64,000 nucleotides of DNA, taken from Kudoa neothunni. Its lineage: Eukaryota > Animalia > Cnidaria. Below are positions 12,901-27,500 of this stretch, piece by piece. Each line of letters begins with the position of its first letter. Position 1 is the stretch's first letter. The stretch spans positions 7,010,234-7,074,233 of the forward strand of contig OZ199839.1 in the NCBI GenBank assembly GCA_964304625.1, read 5' to 3'. Both the position numbers and the translations under genes were made by a program. Below the pieces are notes generated by a model. The model saw only the letters and a program-made list of their open reading frames with translations. It was not told the origin of the DNA and made no database searches.

Positions 12901-14260
12901 GATTGTGAAGCACCAAAATTTTATCATAAATCGATCGAAATAGGAATCAACTGAGTAAATCTTGGTATGAGTTAACCATCGAATAATGTCATTGAACGTG
13001 AAAGAATCGCCTCTATTGGTTGTTAAACATAGGCTCACGAGATGGAGTATAGTCTTTTTGACTCCCGAGCAACGTAGAAACTGCTCAGATGGAACCACTT
13101 TCAGTAGAAACATTCGGCAATACAAAAAAATCTAAACAAAAAAATTAAATAAATTGATAAACCGTAGAATTAAAAAAATTGTTTTGGGTAGTTACCTGTT
13201 TAATTGGAACAGAAAAATTGGTTGAATGATGTCCTGACGTGTTATTCAATGTTTTATCGGGACAAAATTTATTTAGCTGTTTGATCACATCAAAATTTTT
13301 CAGATTAATCTTAAGTCGCCGAAGAAATAAATCAATATGGTGGCTACTATTTTTTAAACAGTGGCTATTTGTTTCTGCAATACCATGGGACGAACTACTT
13401 TTAATGAGGTGTTTGTTAGACGATATAGAAGCGAGGCGAGTTTTAAACGAAAATTTGACCAAAGGTATGGTCGGAGAGAGATTCTCAGGTTGAGGTTTAT
13501 TTTTAGTCACATATTCTACGATATAAGGTTCATATGTGGTTTCAATATGAGAGAGTAATGAATCAGTAGTAGCTGCTGGGTTGTTGACTAGTAGTAGTTT
13601 ATTGATTGTGGAAAATGAAGGAAATTTTTCAAAGATATTACGACTGTATAGAAACCTAAATCGTTTAACAGTATTGGAACGCATGATGATGACGGCTTTG
13701 TTTAATTGTTGTCTGTATTGTTTGATTTGAGGAACAATAGTGGGGTCGCAAATTCTCCCACTCTCAAACCCTTTGCGTAGTTGATTCCATTTAAGGGGTT
13801 GATGGTTGATAGGATTCGCATGTGGATTGGATTCTTTCTGAATTTTGACACCGCAAAACAAATCCAACGCATAACCATACACTTGAAGATAACACTCATT
13901 TCTAACATGAACCAATATCACATAACTCAAATCAAAGTAAGGAGGTTGTTTGTAGTCAAAAATTGAATGTAGTTTTTGAAAGTTGGCCTTCACTGACCGA
14001 GGAATAGATTGAAAATCATAGATATAATGAGATTTTTTCTGTTTGAAAGAACTTTTAGCTATTTTAGGTTGGGTGCAAATTATAGTAGTCAGTAGAAAGT
14101 GCTTCAAGGCACATCTTTCTGAATTCTCAATATCCAAACAACCCTCCCCACCAATCAAACTGTTATAAACATTTAAGTGTTCATCTTTCATGTTGGTTCT
14201 AAGAAATTCAGATAATGTAACCACACGATTAAAAATGTATTGCACAAAGCATGGATACAT
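9909..14260 (-). CDS. TERT: Telomerase reverse transcriptase, about 1045 aa; exons 14260-13196, 13131-12593, 12547-12386, 12338-11467, 11422-11207, 10192-9909
   Basis: GQ (CYLQVYG), CP (LNKFCP), QFP (QIFLYCRMFLLKVVP), T (FHITE..YYRKNCW), motifs 1/2 (LRFIPKKDTCRPI), A (ADIKDCFNSI), B' (GIPQGLKIS), C (RFVDDYL), E (WCG). All five GT..AG introns join in frame, 3138 nt in total. Confidence 0.96.
10560..11150. repeat. Degenerate minisatellite (unit about 85 bp) in TERT intron 5
   Basis: Recurrent blocks such as gattaa.taattaaagtaacta...gaaacaatta...tgaaataattaa...acgataagcga. Confidence 0.6.
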
Positions 14261-16098
14261 CTAAAGTCCAGAGTATAATACACCGGATTAGTTGGCGGTT
14301 GGCGTAAACCCCTCGTACTCCACCGCTGTGTTTTTAGTGGGCTTTAATATAGTTTGTGGTTTCTCATTTCATAAAATTCTCTTACCTAAATTAAGTAAAT
14401 TCAACCAATACATAATATTTTGAAAAACAAGGCGTTGTTCCATAATTTTGTTTATTCTTGTAAAAAGTCTACATCAGACATTGAGAAATTATTTTGAATA
14501 AAAAATTAGAAGAAATAAAGCTGTTCAGCATAATTGAGACTTTAATGTAATTGCTTTAAAAAAGGGTGATTAAGGTCGAGTGTTTCGCGCATGGCAGAAA
14601 ATATACCTCGATTGAAATCGATTTGAGTCAATGAAGTAACCTATAAATTTTTAAAAATTTTTTCGGGGCGAAACGAATTATTAAAATTTATTTTATAAAA
14701 ATTATAATAAATTAAATTTGTATTTTTTACGATTAAAAATATTTTTACATTAGACTTTAAAGTTCAGCCGATAAATTATGGAATTTCATACATTTTCGCC
14801 CCTTTTTATTTCACTCAATTAATCAATACAAATTTTATCAAATGGGTGTAATTTAATATAAAAAATTTATTTTTTTAAAGTACAAATAAAGATTGTTCGT
14901 ATTAAAAAATGACGTTTCACGCAAACGTACATAGAATATAGATCAGAGCATCTTCAAAAGATGTAGTTAGTAGTGCCTGAATACACAATAGAATTCAATA
15001 TAGCTCAATGCATAAGAACTTTTCAAAATCAACATAATACTTTTTATTTAGTTAATTCTTATGTAAAAAATATTTGTTAGAATTTATTTTTCTAAACATT
15101 ATGTTGATGTCATTGTTTGTAATTATTATTTAAATAGTTTAAATGAAAATTCTTTTTATTCTATTAAATTTAATAAATGAAGTCTGATACATGCGGGATA
15201 ACATCAATTAATTAAATATGAATATTTTTCAGCAAGATAAATTCTATGAAACATCTTTTCTTAATAATTTAAACTAAAAATCAATAAAAAATTGAATAAA
15301 AATAGTTAAATCATAAAATATAAAAATGATTTGCATTAAAACCTTTGTAGAAATAATAAATCATAACCACTTAATTTTCACGTTGTTTCTATTTTATTTT
15401 TTTTGAACTTTAAAATAAAAGGTGATGTTCATTTCATCCTATTTAGAAGACGCGGACTTAATTTTGAGATTGAAAGCGCGGATATAGGTTGATTTACAGA
15501 AAGCAAAAGCAGCACTTAATTTAAATACAATGAGTTACACCACCCCTTACTTTCTTTGGTCTATTGTTATAATGACAACATCTAAGATATGGCAGTTACA
15601 AGAAATGTATTAAGTCTAGAATAAAGAGATTCACATTATAAACAAAATCTATTTAATATTAGTTATTTTGACTGCTAAAATAGCTCGTACCAAAAATAGG
15701 TCGAGAATAAAATCAAATTTTTATTAGAATCGAAATAAAGTACAAATCCGAGATTTTTTATTTGAAACAAAAATACACGCATGTATAAATGTATAGATAA
15801 CTTATACAATTTGTTTGTAAATTAAGAAATGCAAATAGAAATAATCCACAAAATTTTCCTCATAACTTTACTTTGGCGGGAAACTCTCGGAGTAATTTAC
15901 TTTCATTTTAATCCATTCATACTTAATTCTTTAATACTATCGCAATGAAATACATTCAACTGTAGAAAAAACAACTAAAGTTTAAGTTTAAAATTCATTC
16001 GGACTGTATTATTAAATATATAGCGATGCGAAAATAAAATTCAGCGTTTATTTATAAGTGTGGGAGATATACCAAAGACCCACAAACAAATGTACAGT

Positions 16099-18159
16099 TC
16101 AATAGAAATCGTCACAATAATTTAAGGAATTGAAGTGTTGTAAAGATCTCCTAGTACCAAGCTCTTTGTATTTTGCCTTGGTGATAAAATAGGAGGAGCT
16201 ATCTGGTAATGTTAGGAGGGTTTTTCCGCCATGCCAAGCATATGTAATTGGACTAAAATTCGATGAGAATGTTACCGAATAATATTGTATACTCGTGAGA
16301 TTGGTCGGGTGGTCTAATCTCAACGTCCATAAAATCAGGTTTAAACGACTGAATTTCCTTGGAGCTAAATTAAATAAATGTTCATTTATGTGTAAATATA
16401 TTTGTTTCATAATAACTAGCATCAAATAATTTAAATAAACGAACGGCAAAAATAGATTAAGACTGAGGTGAGACTTACATTCTAGTGGCAACATTTTTAA
16501 ATTGCATATTTCCACCAGTAAGTGTGATATTTTGATAGAGTTGTGATTGGGCAGCTAAATCACCAATAAATGACATAATAATTAGACAAAAAAACCAAAT
16601 GGGCAGTTGTTGATTGCAGTATAGATAGCTTCACCAATACCCATCTGATCTAGGCCTAAAAATCGATCATTATAACGTTTTCAATGGTGGTCGGAAGTAG
16701 AAAATGAGAATTTTACCAATATCCGAAGGTCTAAATAGCAGTTCAGGTATCGCTATGGTTTCATTGGTGAGTGGGAGTATCTACTAAGTTATTAGAACAA
16801 AAATAAAGTCAGAAAATGAACAACTTGTTCAGTTTTTTTCAGTTCGAAGAATTGCTCTTTTCCCTAAAAAGTATCAAAACGACATATAATTGAAGAGTAA
16901 TTTACTATCATTCTTCCCCGAAAAACTGTTTCATAGTTAGGTAGTTGATAGTACGTTTTATAATGATTTTCTCTGTGTATAAAACACAAAAATACAATAA
17001 ATAAAATTAGGACAATCGATACTTTATCGATTGGAGTTCGGACGTAAAATTCTCAGCGACATAACAACAATCTTCTTTGACCTACACTCCGAATAAATGA
17101 TAACAGTGAGTGGGAATAGATATAATACCTGATTTGCCACCCAAAACTCATCAATGAGATTGATATGTCTACCGACGAAGGAATAAATAACAAAACGCTA
17201 ATTATAATATCGATTTTTACCTATACGAAACTATTTCTCTAAGATAGTTGGTCAACAACCTTCCTCCAACATCGATTCTAAAATTAAATTGCTATATTGA
17301 TTCAGGTTCAATGGAAACCTACCGAATACAAGCTTGGTTGTATATTCTTCCGTTAATAATTGGAATAATATGAGTAAACGAGAATCCACTATCAACAATA
17401 AGTCTATTTTGTGGAACATTTGCATTATTCGAGTCGGTCTTGTGATGAGCCAAAATAGGTGCTATTTTGTGGGTTTCAAATCATGAACAAGTTTACTCAT
17501 TGAAATCCATACGTGTCATTAGAGATAATGATGACATTTCGAAATCCTCAAAAAATAACTCAATCATATTTTCCTAAAGTCCTTTACATAAAAATCATAT
17601 TCCTCCTAATGAGGTTGATTACAGAAATGGATTTGAAATTGAAAACAGGCATTGTCATCATTAGTTTCTTTGGATAAGTCCGACTAATTTTTGAGGACGC
17701 ATTTTGATTTGGCTAAAAGTGAGGTTTAAACTAAATAACATCACCTACAACGAACGATCATACGTCACCCAAATCATTTTGAAAAATATGCCTCCATATA
17801 ATTTCCTGATTGTTCCATTCGCAGAGATAACCCTATATAAATTATAAAAAATATAAATAATGAATTATGTATTTCTAAATAGAACAGAAGAAGTTACTTT
17901 TTGATGACAAAATTGAAATGCAAGTCCGGAATAGTCGGTAAGATCTGACAAAAACTCATTACCAATATAGGTCACTCTTCGATCAAATCGCGACTTTGAC
18001 ATAGCATTATATATCACTCTACAAAGTAATAGAATATTTATAAAGTGAATAATGTTACTTTGGATTCGTCAAGGAATCTTTCTCATTGTGAGGGCCTACC
18101 AATCCCACTTTAACAGTAAAGGAACCATTATCGGCTAGAACTGTGGGGGTGTTAAGCAT
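16099..18159 (-). CDS. ACTR6: Actin-related protein 6 (SWR1/SRCAP complex), many short exons
   Basis: N-terminus MLNTPTVLADNGSFTVKVG; DSGFSFTHIIP; IDVGGRLLTNYLREIVSYR; NQVKEDCCYV; IPELLFRPSDIG; PITYAWHGG; ITKAKYKELG. Confidence 0.9.
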
Positions 18160-20924
18160 TTTTATTTAAGAGTATGTTTTTTTGATAGGGCTAAAACCAC
18201 CAAGTCACCGCTTCGATTTGACGATCGGGTTCAATCGGGATTATATAAAACTCAAAAAATCATACTTAAAATTGAAATTTAAGTATTTTAGTTTATATTA
18301 ATAAATGAGTATATTTTATTTCATATGTTAGTAGGCTTTATCACATTGGAATCGAAGATAAAAATTTTTATCGATACGAAACCAACCAAATATATTTCTT
18401 GATTCATATGTATAATTGAGCTTGTGTGATTTTATACATATTTTTGAATTGATATTTTTAATATTTAACAAAATCGGTATATGACGGATGTGGTTTTTAT
18501 ATACAATAGACGAAAAATTTAATTTTTTTAAGATTTACTTGGGCCCCTTCTTAGAAATATTAGGTATTCGTTATATTTTTTTAATAATCAAAATTTATTT
18601 TTTTATTTGACCTTAAATTAGAACTAAAAGATTGAGAAAACGAAAATTCACCATGATTAAATGTGGGTAACAAACTTTATAAAATTACGCTTGTAATTTT
18701 CTACTTGGTAAAATTTAATTTTATGTTGAAAATAAAAGTATTTTAATAAATCTAATTTGGATTCATTTTATTACGATTTTCAGATAGGTATCTCAATTAA
18801 GAAATATTATGCCGAGTGAATTTATTTGTTTAATTAAAAACACGAATTCTGAAATAAATGCGATAATATTAATTTGCAGTTATGAACCGATTGTAGCGAA
18901 ATTAGTTTAAGAATGAACTTTTTCCACGTTATTAAACTAAAATCTGGTTAAAATTGAATAATTATATTGGAAAAAATAATAGATTAAAGCTTGTTTAATG
19001 GAAGCATGATTTTTCTTGATTTTAAATTATTCAATTTTCGTAGTTATTTTAAGCATTTTTATCTAATGTCAATATAAATTTAAACATTGAATAAATAAAG
19101 GTACAAGATGGATTATGAGTAAGGAAACACAGACTTATAGGGTTTCTTTATTTGATTTGTCAAGTTTTCAGTTAAACCGTTTAATAGGGTTTTATACAAA
19201 GTTATATGAATTTAACGTATTCTGAACTTTATTTTTTTTCTTAATTTTCTTATTCGACTGTTAAGAAACTTTTAAAAAGTATAATCGAGCGTAATATTTT
19301 GTTTAAACGATATGCATCTTATTTGCAACAAGAAGTCAAAATATTTCATTGGAAGCAACAGGGAAAAAGAATAGCTAATTTTAAAAAATAATGATATTCA
19401 TTTAATAAATGGAATTCAAAAGTTGTCTCTATATGTTGAAAAATAGTTAATGATAAAGAAATAGAGGCATCACTTATTACGGTTAATAAGGGACTCATTT
19501 TTACCTCTGGCTCTAAAACGTAATATAGGAGGAAAATTTGACTACACCATACTTAGAATCACATTTGCCGTTCAACAACAGAAAATAAATATTATTTAAA
19601 TAGTTCTAGGATTGGATAAAAACACAAATTTTAATGTGTAGAAATAATAATCAAAAATATAAAAAATATGATTAAAATGTTTTTTGGTAGATTATTAAAA
19701 AATTAAAATTCATCTATCAAATTATGGATGAAAAATAAATTATCTACTTTATTACACATAAATTTAGTAAGCTACAATTTTGATACTCTTATATAGGGGT
19801 TGTTTATGATCAATTCAAATTAATAATTTCAATCTTATATTATAATATATTATGATTTATTATAGTGTAATAATTAATTATAATGTAAAGATGATGGTTT
19901 CCAACATCTCTAAAAATTTCTAAATTGATTCAATTGACTTCTTGATTTGTTAAATAATTATTTAAGTAATATTATCTTCATTTTTTGTGTAAAACGTTTT
20001 GTACAAATTAGATGCATATCATGTGAGCTTTAACCTTATAGGTGGTGATTTTTGGCAAACATTAGAATGACGTATCGACAAAATTTTAAATTATATTTTC
20101 TACATAATCAACTAGTTTCCCTATATATATTAAGCTGATATACGATGTTGTGAAGTAACGAAAAAATATACTATTTTTGAATTCCATAAATTTCCAATGC
20201 AAAAATTCCATGATATATGTATGATAAAAATATTTAAAGCCTATAATCTTCATGTTATTAATATGGCTTTAAATTGCACATTAGATATATGTTAATTCTT
20301 AAAAATCAAGTGTTTTTTGATTCTGTAGTGTAAAAATAATAAAAATGAACTTAATTTGGCCATTTGTTAATATTCTTGAATAAATATTTCTTCTTGTTTT
20401 TATGGTCCATATAAAAAACTTATTTCGATAAATAATTGGCGATGAAGTGATAACTAATTAAGAATCCACAGCTTTCTAATCAGACATATATAACTAATAA
20501 TTTTTTGGGATGAACCAAAAAATTGGTAAGCTTTATTGCATACTAACGGGTAAAATAGAGCTGTTTATTTATATATCTTCGCAAAAACTTAAGTTTTGTT
20601 ACATTTCTTATTTATTTCACCACAATTTTTGTAAAAAAATATAATAATAAAGACTTTATATATAATTTCGAATTTTTATTTTAATTCTGGATAAATAAGA
20701 CGCTACAATTGCTAAATAACCTTAAATTTTGCATTATTCAACAGTGAACGTTTATATTATTTACTGAATATTTATTTCTTAACGCCTTCTTCTTACTGTG
20801 TATAAAATTTGTTGAGCCGTAAAAGTATTTAATTTTCATTAATGTTAATTTTTCGAAATTGTACCTCTTATTTTTCCAGAAATGTGACAGAAGATTCAAC
20901 TAACATCTAATTCACAGAATACTA

Positions 20925-21027
20925 TAGTATTTCCTTAACCATAAGACCTATTCCTAAAATATGACCTAGCTTTGTCTTTATTAGATAGAAGTAATATTAA
21001 ACCTGTCTTATATTTGTGGAAATACGA
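20925..21027. mobile_element. Small Tc1/pogo-type MITE
   Basis: Imperfect 23-bp TIRs (tagtatttccttaaccataagac / gtcttatatttgtggaaatacga) flanked by TA on both sides. Confidence 0.45.
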
Positions 21028-21547
21028 TATAAGTCATTAAATTCTTTCGAAACTTCTCTCCGATGGGTTTGTTAAATATTTGCATTAAATTAGAATATTT
21101 ATAATATAATAATTCAAAGTATTATCTAAAATTTTGTGATTTCTTTAATTTAGAACCATAAAAGATTAAATTTCTACTATAAATGCTGAGGTTGTTAAAA
21201 CATACACAAAATCTAATATGAATCAAAATAATCAATTATCTAACAAAATAACGAATATATATGATGTAGAGAATTTAGTAATGAACTTAATGTAAAATTA
21301 TTGCCAAGAAACTTACACTTTTATACATGAGCAAGAGATAAATTTTAAGAACCGCGCACGCCTATAAATATAACAACGTTTACATTTGTGCGCATCTTTA
21401 AAATTTAATGAACCCACCAAAGTTTTAATTATCTATCAAACAAAATACAATCTAATATATACCGCTAAGCACTTAACAATATACAATAATAAAAAAATAT
21501 AACGTTATTTCACGCAGGCGCATTAAAGCGTGGTGTGTATTCTAAGG

Positions 21548-24500
21548 ATGAAAGTCTATCAGCGTTATGAACTTTTATCGAGAATCGGCATCATAGGACA
21601 GTCAGATGGTGATATTATTGTGGTGAATGGTTCTAGTCTACCGAAAAATATTTTGGAGTTGGATAACCAATCCAGCACCTCAAAAAGAACAAATTCCATT
21701 CCGGCATACATTATATGTGGCGCATATCAAGATATTAATATTTGGAATGTACACACCAAAGAGAAAGTAGTTCAATTTTATTATACATTTAATAATTTCT
21801 ATTTTTATTTATGTAGGTTGAGGTGAGTTTTAAACATCCTCAGAATGATTGTAAAGTTTCCAAGTTGCTCTACATAAAATCGATGAATTATATAGTCGCT
21901 GGGTGGGTGATATAATAATTAGATTGAATAAAATATTATTTTTTAATATGCTCAATTTAGTTACAACAATGGATCAATTGTGGTATGGGATTTAGCAACA
22001 ACAGACTCATTAGTTTCTTTTGAGTAATTTTTTTTATTAATTAATATAAAATAATATAATAAAACTTTGTAGTGGACATAGCGCAGAAATCACTGTTCTC
22101 ATGTACGATCCAAGTCTCATCAACTATATAATATCAGGCAGTCAAGACAATGACATTATTTGTTGGGATCTGGTCAATCAAAGTGGTGTTTACAGGTGAA
22201 TTTAGTGCATACGATAACACTTGAGAGTTAACAAAAAAACTAATTTGGCGGTCCCTAGGTTGAAAGGTCACACAGCCCCCATCACCTCATTGAAACTGTT
22301 AAAATTTGAAGGGGAAAATAATATTTTGGTGAGCTCATCCAAAGACACTTTCATCAAGTTATGGGATACATCATTGCAACACTGTTTTGCCACATTGGTC
22401 GGTCATAATCATGAGGTATTTCAATACAGCTGAGTGATATAACCGAATATTTGTTCAAATTGCTTGGCATAGGTGTGGGATTTTGTGATTTTTGATAATT
22501 ATCGCTGCCTGATGTCTTTTTCAACCGACAACGAGCTTCGTGTATGGAGATTTGTTAACAACACTAGAAACTCCTCACAAACCACAAAACGTATCCAAGC
22601 CGAACAATCCGCTTCCTCTAATCGAGTGATACCAATCGAATGTGAATTTGTTGGTTCCATACAAACCAAGTCATCCAAACGAACCGTTGTTACACGTGTT
22701 ATTGGCAACCTTATTTTACAACTGGTATCATTATACTTAAATAAAAAGGGCGTGGAATTAGTGCTAACCAATTCCTATAGACAACTGACTCAAAGCTGTT
22801 TGTGTATAAAGTGTTGAGTGAAGAGGAGAAAAGAAAGCTGGAGAAGAAAAGACAGAAAAAAGCTGCTTCAAAAGGTGTTTTGAGTTGTGGCTGTTTGAGA
22901 TCGATTATAAACAAAAATACTGACGCATAAATTTTTTAGATGATACCGCTGCATCAGAACTGACACTTAGTGACGAAATCAAGTTGATTTCTATGATTAA
23001 AATGCGTGGTAATGTGAGCAACTTTTCTCTTCTTCGTATACCAAACAATAAACCTCACAACTCGGACGAAAATAACATCCCTTCAAAAAGATATATTATG
23101 GCTGTGCTTTTGAAAAATAATATGATCGAAATCAACCACCTTAATATTAACGTTAACACCTCCGCAATGGTGGAATTGGACTTCGAAGGAGATATAAGTC
23201 GTTGGGGTCATCGTCAAGAGATCTCACACATCACCATTGACAACTATAATAATAGTTTTATATCAGTGTCCAAAGATTGCCTTAAGTTGTGGGATTTCCA
23301 CCAATCTCAACTCATCAAAACTGTCCTCGAAACCACTGATGATGGAGCTACAGCTTGCTTGTTTGTGCCGGGAAATCGTTTTATTGTGGTTGCGTTTGTC
23401 ACTGGTGAAATCAGAATCTACAATTTGGTAGATAGTTCGTTGGTTGAGTACAACTTTGCAATGGAACTAACCGATGAAAATACGTCCAAGTTCAATCTGG
23501 GACTGACATTGTTACCGGATAAAGTAGGAGAATTGATTCAATAACATTGTTAATATATGCCTTTTGGGGGTTGTATTAGAAAGGGATAGTTTCTTACAAT
23601 CGAAACTCATCAAACAGTGACTACAACCAAGTCAAATTTTGGGATTTCGAACTTATCGCTGGTGACGTCAATAAACTTTCATTAACACATCGCAGAACAC
23701 TACAACTAGCAGACACTGTTTTGGATGTCCAATTCAGCCCCAATCAGAAATTCATCTTGGTCACACTATTGGACAATACGGTGAAAATATTCTTTTTAGA
23801 TTCTCTCAAGGTTTTTATCGGATTGAGTAATTTTGTGTTAATATTGTTTAGTTCTACTTGACACTTTATGGACACAAACTTCCAGTTTTAAGCGTAGATG
23901 TATCATCGGTAAGTACAACGCGCATTTCTGGAGCGAATTTGATATTATTTCCACATTCGAATTCTTAGTATCAACTTATTTATAATCGGAATAGTTTGTC
24001 TATTATACATAAAAGAAACTTAGGAGGATTAACGAAAATGTCAATTTTTAACAGGGCTGCGAGGGTTTTGGTTTTCCCTCAAGATTTTAGATTTTTGATG
24101 ACCATTATGGTTGGTTCTTGAGGGTTTTCATTTTTTACAAAATCTTGGGGGTTTACTGAAATATTGTGAATATTGAATAATAACTTAATTTTTTTATGCA
24201 CGGCAATAATACTTATATTTTTAATATGTGTCCTATTCAGATTATATCATGCAGGGTTAAACATTCACGATATTGAGTGATAACACATTAAGTTGTTATG
24301 GTTAACAATTACTCAGTAAACACTGTCGCATATTATTAGAATATTTAAACGTTATTCCAAAATATATCTTGAACCATGAAGCAATTAATTGGGGGTATAT
24401 TGATCTATATTAGACATTAAGTTTGAGTGAGTTTTCGCGCCGAACAATTGCAATAAAGGAAGTGGCTGTTGACACGGATCATAACATCTAGGTAGATGTA

Positions 24501-27500
24501 GTTTTGATTGTATTTAATTATTTTTGGCCCACTGCTACCACTACCACTCTTGGGGCAAAAAATAATTAAATACAGCAGATTCTAAAAAATAAACTTTTAG
24601 AAATAAATTAAAAGCGGAAGTTGTAATTTTAATTTATCTAATTATTTAACTTTAAATGATTTCGTTTAATATTTAGAGGCTGCGCCGCCGCTTGTTGTAG
24701 AGTGTATTAAAATTTATGCTGAATAAGAAGATATTAATTTTAACGATATAAATGGACTTTCTTAAGTTTTCTTCTAACTTTTTTTTCCATTATTTCTATA
24801 AGCTCCCAAAATGACCTTAAATTTAGTTTCGCTAATCGTACTTGTTATCAGCGATACTCGATACATTTTTTAGTTAAATTCTCCAAATGGGATAATTGAA
24901 AGGATTAATATATTTTTTTAATTGTTTAAGGGATTTTTCTACACACAATATTCTCGATTCCAGGCTAAGTTGGGAAGTTCGTGTTACAGGTCAATGTGTT
25001 ATTGTCTGAGTAACCCTCTAGAAATTATGAGGTTTATGGAAGTGTCGCTGAAAATGACAAAATAATTAATTCAATAGAATCTACCTTTAGAATGGGCGAT
25101 AATTTTTTGTCAAAATCATTGTTTTATAATGTGAGCGATTAGGATGTTAAAGATTAATTTTCTCCCAGAAGTTTTAACCTTTTTAGTACATTAAGTACTT
25201 TTATTGTATGAGTAATGCATCGAATATAAACCTTATTTAGAGTGAAATCATTTTGTTGAGATTTGTTTTTACAAATTAGCGCCGCCTAAATTTTGAATAT
25301 ATAATTACGATATTCTTTATTGCAGTCTAATTTTCTGTGCTCTCCTATACCATTAGATTTATAAAATAATTTTTTTAAAATTTTGGTTTTTAGAAACTGC
25401 GTGTGTATGAACAAAATTGGAAATTGTAATGAAATTCTTATCGCATTTTTTAAGTTTCTTCGTTTTCATAATTAGATAGTCATTTTTTAACTGATAAAGA
25501 AGCGGATCCAAATTTTATAGTCTAGTAATTGTGGCTGAGAGAAATTTGTTTAAATGTAAACTATCAGTTGGTTTTAGAGACATTAATTGCCTGTGAAATA
25601 GCCAGCGCCTTAAAAAACTTTGCGTTTGAAAGGATATTTCTTTATTCCAAACAATCATTTTATGTAAAAATATTATTTTTGTATTAAAGTATAATTTTCA
25701 ATATTTTTGTAAGACCCATCCCATGTGTTTGTTCTGTTTCATTATAATGTATAGAATTAAAATGTAATGATATAGACCAGGAGGCAGCAACGACCGGCCC
25801 GCCCATAGGCCAAATTTGGCTCGAGAGCTTTCCTCATCCTGCTCGCACAGAAGTTAATGATAAAGTCTCGTTTTTATTAGACAATAATTGTCCCAATTTT
25901 TATAATCAATCTCTTAAGCACATAAAGAAACTTACTTTTTTTTATAAAACGGAGTTAATTAAATATTATCTGTCATTTTGTAAATATAGTTGTGTAAAGT
26001 AATATACCCAAAACAAAGTCCTTACCTATATTTATATTTACTGATTGTATGATCTAAGAATTATTGCGACGAATGGAGACATTCAATTATTGTCCTTTAC
26101 CATTTAGAACATCATTTCGGTGTAGGAAATGTTAAATTCAACATAAATATAATCTAATCAACTTTAAAATAAAAAAGTAAACAAAAATAGCCTTTTACGC
26201 ATAAATAATGTCGAAGGTTTGATATATTTTTCTCGCGTTGCAATCAAAAAATATGATTTCAAATATCGGAATATAAATGCACGAAACCAATTTTCAATTA
26301 TATTGCAAAAAATTTTTTTTGCCTCTAAAGGACATATATATATCTACATGTTCTGGCCCGCCTTACAATTTAACATGGCTATCCGGTCCGGCAATCCAAC
26401 AAGGTTGCCAACCCCTGATATAGACGTTTTAGCTGCCATAATTAATTAAAATATAAGAATAGTAAATCATTATTTGTATGAATAAATTTAACTAATGTTA
26501 ATTAATTAAATGTATAATTACATTATAAAATTGTTATTTTGTGGATTTATTCGTTCATCCTTTGTCGTATCCTTAAATAAAAATAAGGTGCTAAATATTT
26601 TAAGGTCTGCGCACTGCACTGTAAGCGTCGTTTTATTAACATTAATGAAATATTTTGAGCGGCTCTTTTTGATTAATATTAAAAAATATTCAACCTATTT
26701 ACACGTTTTGCGTGTTTATTACTATTTTTGAACTTAAAATATTGAATATTTTTTATTAATAAAAAATTTCATTATTGGATTTTTGTGATTTTACAGGAAT
26801 CAAATTAAAATTAGGAAAATTTAAGCTTCATTCCAAGTTGAACCTTTTAAATATAATCTACTTCTATTTTCTGTTTAACATAAAATAATGAGCATTTTAT
26901 AAATTTCATAAATTATTTTTAAAAATTTAATCCATGAGTTAGCTTACAGTTGGTATTTTATGACAGCCCATTGCATATTATCGCAACCACTGTTTGCTTT
27001 GATTTAATGTATACTTTAGGACAGCTCATTGGTGGTTACGGGATCGTTGGATAAAAACATCAAGCTGTGGGGTTTGGATTTTGGAGATTGTCACAAATCG
27101 TTATTTGCACATGACCAGGGGTAAATTTAAAGTCGGAAAAATTCTTTCTAATTATTTCAATGTTAGAGTGACCTGTGTTAAATTTGTACCAAAAACCCAT
27201 TATTTCTTTTCTTGCAGTAAAGATGGAACATTACGTTACTGGGATGGAGATACATTCGACCTTATTTTGACATTTGATGTTAGTGACAACAAATACATGA
27301 ATTTAACAAACTAATGTGATGATGTGCTGGTGTAGGAACATTGTGGACCACTACTCTCATTGGATATTTCTTCCTGCGGCACTAAAGTGGTCACATGTGG
27401 GTCAGATAAAACCATATCTATTTGGGAAAAGACAGACGAGCAATTTGTTTTGGATGAGGAACGTGAGCGTGTAATTTTTGCCTAAAACATCCTTCAGACT

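Noticed and set aside
9909-14260. RT as a retrotransposon or prokaryotic retron/DGR-type system
   Set aside because: Telomerase-specific GQ, CP, QFP and T motifs plus spliceosomal introns identify TERT.
14261-16098. Telomerase RNA gene next to TERT
   Set aside because: No CTAACCCTAA-type template noticed here or elsewhere by eye; isolated TTAGGG/CCCTAA hexamers are expected by chance.
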